Below, one piece after another: positions 6,163-11,240 of a stretch of DNA of 11,240 nucleotides. Both the position numbers and the translations under genes were made by a program. The notes below the pieces were generated by a model, which saw only the letters and a list, made by a program, of their open reading frames with translations, was not told the DNA's origin and made no database searches. Source of the stretch: Candidatus Eiseniibacteriota bacterium. Lineage in GTDB: Bacteria; Eisenbacteria; RBG-16-71-46. Positions within the stretch are counted from its first letter, which is position 1; the number at the start of each line of letters is the position of its first letter. The stretch is taken from assembly GCA_031366795.1 (NCBI GenBank), contig JANLOX010000234.1, forward strand, positions 1 to 11,240, given 5' to 3'.

Positions 6163-8997
6163 TTGCGCCGAGCCCTTGCGGTCGCCGGATTGCTGCTGGT
6201 TCTCGGCGTGCTGCCGGCGCGACCCGCGGCGGCGCAGGTGTACGGCAAGAACAAGGTGCAGTACGAGCAACTCGAGTGGTCCGTGCTCGAGACACCCCAC
6301 CTGCGGCTGCACTACTACGCGGCGGAAGAGAGCCTGGCGCGGCAACTCGCTGTGTTCGCCGAGAGTACCTGCGTTGAGTACGACCGCCGCTTCCGCATCC
6401 AGCGCCGCGAGAAGGTGCCGTTCCTGCTCTACTCGGTCCACCATCTGTTCCAGCAGACCAACGCCACGCCGGGCTTCATCACGGAAGGCGTGGGCGGGCT
6501 CACGGAGTTGATCAAGGGCCGCGTGCTGCTGCCTCACACGGGTTCGTGGGCGCGTTTGCGCTGGGTGACGCGGCACGAACTCACGCACTCCTACATGCTC
6601 GCGAAGATCAGCCTGGTGATGCGCCAGCACCATCGCTCGCAGGGCTACCTGCCGCCGCTATGGTTCACCGAAGGCTTCGCGGAGTACTGCGGCACGACAT
6701 GGGACGAGGACGCCGAAGGGTTGCTGCAGGACGCCGTCACCAGCGGCGAGGCGCTGCCGCTGATGCACAGCGATGCGATCACCGGCACCGTGCAAATGTA
6801 CAAAGAGGGGCAGTCGTTCCTGCTGTACCTCGCCCAGCAGTATGGCGATGAGCGCATCTTTGACCTGTTTGACCAATGGCACCGCGCCGAGGATTTCGAG
6901 ACGCTGTTCCAGGTGGTGATGGGCGAGCCGCTCGAGCGCGTCGACGAGCGCTGGTTCGCGACGCTGCGCCGGCACGTCCTGCCAGTCGTGGCGCACGCGG
7001 ATGCCGCGGCCGACGTGGCGGTGCGCATGACGCCGCGCAACGTGTATTGCCTTGGGCCGCGTGTTTTGCCGGCCGCGGCGGTACCGGACACCGCGCTGCG
7101 CTTCTGCTACTTCGCCGCCACGGCCGGGTCCATCGATCTCGTGCTCAGCGAACCGCGCAAACGCGGCGGGCGCCGCGAGACCCGATTGCTGCGCGCGGGC
7201 GCTTCGCCACAGTTCGAATCGTTCCACCTGTTCCAGAACCGTCCCGACGCCTCGGCCTCGGGACTCATCGTGCTGACCGCCAAGCGTGGCGGGCGCGATG
7301 CGCTTTACGTGCTCGACACGCACCGGCGCCGCGTCGTGCGGCGCATGGAGTTCCCCGGGCTCGTCGCGCTGAGTGATCCTTCGTTCGCCCCGGGCGACAC
7401 GGCCTGCGTGTTCTCGGCGCAGGACGGGGGAGGCAGGCGCGACCTCTACCGCGCGCGCTGGAGCGGCAAACGGCACGCGCTCGACCGGCTGACGCGCGAT
7501 GACTATGACGACGTCGAACCCGACGTTTCGCCCGACGGCCGCTGGGTGGTGTTCGCCTCCGACCGCTGCGATCGCGGCGGAAACTACTCGCTGTTCCGCC
7601 TCTCACTGGCGACCGCTGCCATCGAACCCGTGGGCGACCCGATGAAGGGCGATGACCGCCAGCCCGCCTATTCACCAGACGGACGCTGGATTGCCTTCCG
7701 TTCGAATCGTGGCGGCACCAACGACCTGTGGGTGCGGCGCGCCGAACCGGACCACGAGGCGCGCCGTATCACGCGATTGCTCGGGCCGGCGACCGATCCC
7801 GATTGGTTGCCCGATGGCAAGGGCGTCCTGTTCACCGGCCAGAGCGCGATTCACTTCCACGCCTACCGGCTGGCCTTCAATCCCGACAGCCTGCCGGCCG
7901 AGCTGGAGACCGGCGCGCCACGCGCGCCGCTGCTGCCGGAGCTGGCGGATGACGCGGCGCCGAAGCGCTACCGCCGCAGGTTGGGTCTCGACCTCGTCTC
8001 GAACGCGTTGAACATCGATCCCGGAGTGGGCGGCGGCACCGGCAGCCAGGTGGCGTTGAGTGACCTGCTCGGAAATGAGCAGGTGTACTTGTTCCTCGCC
8101 AATGACTCCGAGCGCTACGGGAATTTCTGGGATGGCTTCCAGGTCGGAATGACGTACGTGAACCGCGCGCAGCGCATGAACTGGGGCATCGGGGTGTACC
8201 GGTTGACGGAACTCTACGATGTCGATCTCGACCAGTTGCGCCGCGAGCGCCGTGTCGGGTTCCAGACGATCGCCAGCTACCCGTTCAGCAAGTTCACGCG
8301 CGTCGAGGCTTCGGCGCTCGTGCGGCACGCCAGCAATCATTTGCTGCGCAATGGGCGCTCGCGCGACGCGGACCTGGTGTCCAACTACCTCGCACTCGTT
8401 CACGACAACTCGCGCTGGACCGAACTGGGGCCAAGCAGCGGCTCGCGGTCCTTCATCTCGGGCGGTGTCACGCGCGACCTGTCGGGCGGCGCCGGCAACT
8501 TCGCCACGGTCATGGTGGAGATGCGCAACTACGCCATGCCGCTCCCCAACCTCGTGCTGGCCAGCAACGCCCAGGCGCAATCGAGCTTCGGCCGCGACTC
8601 GCAGCGTTTCTATCTCGGCGGCGGCTCGTCGATCCGCGGCTATGACCGTCGCGCGCTGTCCGGTCTGCAGACCGTGATGTTCCAGAGCGAGGTGCGATTC
8701 CCCCTGCTGCGTGGCCTGGTGCTCGCGGTCCCCTCGACCTGGATGTTCCCGACGGTCAATGGCGCCTTGTTCGCGGATGCCGCCTGGAGCTGGGACCACT
8801 TCAACAGCACGGGCACGGTGTTTGAGCAGACATTCAGCGAGCCCGCCGACGTGCGCGCCGGAGCGGTGGGGGCGTCATTCTTCATCGGCGGCGGCTATTA
8901 CCCGGCGCTGCGCTGGAACTATGCCTGGCGCACGAGCGACTTCCGCAACTTCACGCGGCGGCGCGGCGCGCAGTTCCGCATCGAGTACAATTTTTGA
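6163..8997 (+). CDS. Outer-membrane Omp85 (BamA/TamA-superfamily) barrel protein with N-terminal zinc metallopeptidase (MA/gluzincin-like) domain and TolB/PD40 beta-propeller (~944 aa)
   Basis: Likely TTG start at 6163 (GAGGA at 6150-6154) gives Sec signal MRRALAVAGLLLVLGVLPARPAAA/QVYGKNKVQY. HELTH (6574-6588) plus WFTEGFAEY (6661-6687). PD40-type repeats DPSFAPGD (7375), EPDVSPDGRWVVFASDR (7516), QPAYSPDGRWIAFRSNRGG (7660), DPDWLPDGKGVLF (7795). Amphipathic strands from ~7970, Omp85 loop-6 motif FYLGG..SIRGY (IRGY 8632-8643), and C-terminal beta-signal FRIEYNF. Confidence 0.88.
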   Translation: MRRALAVAGLLLVLGVLPARPAAAQVYGKNKVQYEQLEWSVLETPHLRLHYYAAEESLARQLAVFAESTCVEYDRRFRIQRREKVPFLLYSVHHLFQQTNATPGFITEGVGGLTELIKGRVLLPHTGSWARLRWVTRHELTHSYMLAKISLVMRQHHRSQGYLPPLWFTEGFAEYCGTTWDEDAEGLLQDAVTSGEALPLMHSDAITGTVQMYKEGQSFLLYLAQQYGDERIFDLFDQWHRAEDFETLFQVVMGEPLERVDERWFATLRRHVLPVVAHADAAADVAVRMTPRNVYCLGPRVLPAAAVPDTALRFCYFAATAGSIDLVLSEPRKRGGRRETRLLRAGASPQFESFHLFQNRPDASASGLIVLTAKRGGRDALYVLDTHRRRVVRRMEFPGLVALSDPSFAPGDTACVFSAQDGGGRRDLYRARWSGKRHALDRLTRDDYDDVEPDVSPDGRWVVFASDRCDRGGNYSLFRLSLATAAIEPVGDPMKGDDRQPAYSPDGRWIAFRSNRGGTNDLWVRRAEPDHEARRITRLLGPATDPDWLPDGKGVLFTGQSAIHFHAYRLAFNPDSLPAELETGAPRAPLLPELADDAAPKRYRRRLGLDLVSNALNIDPGVGGGTGSQVALSDLLGNEQVYLFLANDSERYGNFWDGFQVGMTYVNRAQRMNWGIGVYRLTELYDVDLDQLRRERRVGFQTIASYPFSKFTRVEASALVRHASNHLLRNGRSRDADLVSNYLALVHDNSRWTELGPSSGSRSFISGGVTRDLSGGAGNFATVMVEMRNYAMPLPNLVLASNAQAQSSFGRDSQRFYLGGGSSIRGYDRRALSGLQTVMFQSEVRFPLLRGLVLAVPSTWMFPTVNGALFADAAWSWDHFNSTGTVFEQTFSEPADVRAGAVGASFFIGGGYYPALRWNYAWRTSDFRNFTRRRGAQFRIEYNF

Positions 8998-11240
8998 TGC
9001 GCGCGCGGCGTTGGGCTTGCGTGGCGCTGTTGCTCATGGCGCCGGTCGTGTCGGGTGCGACCGAAACGCACCCCTCGTCGGAGCCTCTTGAGACGCAGGC
9101 CGCGCTGCGGGAACAGCGCGCCGCCCTCAAGTCGCTGCAGGCGGAGTTGCTGCTCGAGGAAGCGCGCGCGGAATGGAACGAGCGCCGCGAGCGGCTGGGG
9201 CCGCCCGGCCGAAACGCGCGCAAGCGTCCGGAGCGCCGTCGGCCCGCGAGCAATCGTTCGCGCTCCGGTACACCGGGTGCGCGTGCGAGGCCGGCGGAAC
9301 TACTGCCGTTTCGAACGGCGCCGCTCGCGAGCGCCCCGCCGCTGGGCAAGGCGCCCGATGTGTTGAGCATCAACCGGCGCGTCACCCCGGCGCCCAGCTA
9401 CTGGACGCAGTCCGAGGTGGGGCTCGCCAGCATCGGGCGCAATATGGTCGCCGCGTGGAATGACGGCACCCTGAACCCGGTCTCCGGCCAGATGTCCTAT
9501 TCGACTTCGACTGATGGCGGCCGGACCTGGCGTCCCAGCGCCTCGCTGCCCCTTGGCGGCGGGCTGGTCTCGTGGGACAGCGATCCGGTATTCGTTGCCG
9601 ACCCCGCGCGCGGAGCGTTCTGGTTCGCCGCCCTTGCGCTGGTGGCGGGACCGCCGACGCGCAACGCCATCGGGTTCATGCGGGGTTCGTTCAGCGACAC
9701 GGGTTTCGTCTGGGAGCGCATCGGGTTCGCGCGCGCCACCCGCGACACGTTGCCGGACAAGCCATGGATCGCCGTGGACTCAAGGGACGGCGCGGCGATG
9801 CTGAGCTACACCTCTTTCTACAGAGTCGGGCCGCGGCTCACGGACCGCATCGAATTCCAGCGCACGACGGACGGGGGCGCCAACTGGTCACCGCCTTCGC
9901 GGTTGTCGGCGCCCGAGGAAGAAGGGTTGGTCCAGGGTTCGCGCCCGGTGGTGGGACCCGATGGGGAAGTGCACGTGGTGTGGGCGCTCGTCGACACTTC
10001 GGACTTCGGACGCGGCCTCGACCAGATCCGCATCCGCACTTCGCACGATGGTGGGCTGCAATTCGAGGCGCCCATCACGCTGGCGCGCGAGGTCACGAAT
10101 TTCGCCACCGGTGCGCCGGGTTACAACCGTCCCTACGCCATCAACTTCCCTTCGGTGGCCGTGGACCGCAGCCACGGGCCCTACCGTGGGCGTGTCTACG
10201 TTGCATGGATGGAGTCCGCGGATTTCTACGCCGCGCCGCTGGGAACCAGGTCCCCGGTGATCGAGAGCGGCACGCAGGGGGAGCCCACCGATTTCGAGAT
10301 CGGCGCCGTGCTGCGCGGCACCAGCGTTCCGGGACAGGGCCTCGATGTATTCCGCTTCATGGCACATCGCGGCGACAACATGCTCGTCATGCTGGACTCG
10401 CTGGGCGACCAGGTGGACCTGGCGCTCGGCGTCGGCTGTGAGGAAGACGCCTACCAGCTGGCCTACAGCGACCCGCCGCACTTCGGGCGCCCGCGTGTGG
10501 CGTTGGTGTCGTTTTCGCGCGATGGCCCCTACACACTCAGTGTCGCCGCGCGCGGCACGACCACGAGCGGCTATCGCATTCGCACCGGCGCGGTGTCGCA
10601 GGGCGCCTCGCGTGGCCGCGACGTGCGCGATGTGTTCGTGACGCACTCGCAGGACGGGGTGTCGTGGAGCACGCCGTCGCGGGTGAACGAGGCCCCGCCG
10701 GGCACCGATGATTGGTTGCCCGAATTGGCGGTGGGCCCCGAGGGCCATGTCTATGCCGCGTGGTACGACTGGAGCGACTCGCCGGCGGGGCAGTGCGGGG
10801 CACTCTCGAACACGCGGCTCGCCCGCTCCGTCGATGGCGGATCGCTGTGGCAGCGTCTAGGCACGCTGTCCGATCGCGCCAGCGCCTGGACGAGCGCATC
10901 GAGCAACCTGGTGCCGAACCAGGGAGATTACATCGGGCTCACGGTGGATACACTGGGAGTCGCGGCGGGATGGGCGGACGCGCGCGGCGCCACGCCGGAC
11001 ATCTACTTCGCGCAATTCGATCCCGCGTTGCTGCCCGCGCGTCCCGTGACGCGAGCGGGGGTGAGCCTCGGGGCACCGCGACCCAACCCGGCGCAAGGTG
11101 AGTTGCGTGTCGCCTACACGGCGCAGTCCGGCGTCCCCGCGCGCGTGGAATTGTGGGACATCGCAGGGCGGCGGATCGAGGAGCAGGTCGTCGCCTCGCC
11201 GTTTTCATCCGCGGAGATGAAGGTCGTGCTTCCTGCGGGA
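8997..11240 (+). CDS. Secreted BNR/Asp-box (sialidase-fold) beta-propeller protein with PPC-like insert and C-terminal T9SS-CTD/FlgD-like Ig domain, 3'-truncated (>748 aa)
   Basis: Absent from the ORF track because there is no stop in the window. Hand translation from ATG 8997 (TGATG overlap) is open to 11240. Signal MRARRWACVALLLMAPVVSGA. Asp-boxes STDGGRTW (9507-9530), TTDGGANW (9864-9887), SHDGGLQF (10041-10064), SQDGVSW (10647-10667), SVDGGSLW (10827-10850). Other motifs: DKPWIAVD, GRVYVAW, GDYIGL. Ends with SLGAPRPNPAQGELRVAY...VELWDIAGRRI. Confidence 0.88.
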   Translation, partial: MRARRWACVALLLMAPVVSGATETHPSSEPLETQAALREQRAALKSLQAELLLEEARAEWNERRERLGPPGRNARKRPERRRPASNRSRSGTPGARARPAELLPFRTAPLASAPPLGKAPDVLSINRRVTPAPSYWTQSEVGLASIGRNMVAAWNDGTLNPVSGQMSYSTSTDGGRTWRPSASLPLGGGLVSWDSDPVFVADPARGAFWFAALALVAGPPTRNAIGFMRGSFSDTGFVWERIGFARATRDTLPDKPWIAVDSRDGAAMLSYTSFYRVGPRLTDRIEFQRTTDGGANWSPPSRLSAPEEEGLVQGSRPVVGPDGEVHVVWALVDTSDFGRGLDQIRIRTSHDGGLQFEAPITLAREVTNFATGAPGYNRPYAINFPSVAVDRSHGPYRGRVYVAWMESADFYAAPLGTRSPVIESGTQGEPTDFEIGAVLRGTSVPGQGLDVFRFMAHRGDNMLVMLDSLGDQVDLALGVGCEEDAYQLAYSDPPHFGRPRVALVSFSRDGPYTLSVAARGTTTSGYRIRTGAVSQGASRGRDVRDVFVTHSQDGVSWSTPSRVNEAPPGTDDWLPELAVGPEGHVYAAWYDWSDSPAGQCGALSNTRLARSVDGGSLWQRLGTLSDRASAWTSASSNLVPNQGDYIGLTVDTLGVAAGWADARGATPDIYFAQFDPALLPARPVTRAGVSLGAPRPNPAQGELRVAYTAQSGVPARVELWDIAGRRIEEQVVASPFSSAEMKVVLPAG

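Noticed and set aside
7375..7835. Stand-alone tolB gene or a DNA repeat array
   Set aside because: The repeats are protein-level PD40 blades inside a larger ORF with degenerate DNA. No tolQRA or pal is in the window.
9572..10441. 289-aa + strand ORF and the small ORFs between 9055 and 11208
   Set aside because: These are alternative frames of the real gene starting at 8997, which carries the signal peptide, Asp-boxes and CTD.
1..11240. CRISPR array, tRNA/rRNA, riboswitch (e.g. lysine), dif site or intrinsic terminator
   Set aside because: Only two intergenic gaps exist (27 and 25 nt). By eye I found no regular repeats, dif-like palindrome or hairpin followed by a T-tract. The T-run at 8991-8995 is the Asn-Phe-stop coding end.

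Overview
High-GC bacterial chromosomal segment. Eight genes, all on the + strand, are packed with overlaps or gaps under 30 nt, suggesting one operon: topA (5'-truncated), xerC, an Ig-like (Big_5-type) lipoprotein, dapF, dapA, dapB, a ~944-aa outer-membrane protein, and a 3'-truncated secreted protein. The outer-membrane protein combines a signal peptide, an HExxH gluzincin-type metallopeptidase domain, a TolB/PD40 beta-propeller and an Omp85-type barrel, with no recognisable POTRA domain. The last gene (8997..>11240) is missing from the supplied ORF track and was translated by hand. It is an Asp-box/BNR propeller protein with an inserted PPC-like domain and a T9SS-CTD/FlgD-like C-terminal Ig domain. 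The envelope proteins look FCB-superphylum-like (e.g. Ca. Eisenbacteria or relatives); this is inference only. I saw no RNA genes, mobile elements, CRISPR arrays or terminators. The most interesting items are the protease-propeller-Omp85 fusion coupled to a CTD-bearing secreted protein, and an enrichment of Bacteroidota-type O-glycosylation motifs in the exported proteins.
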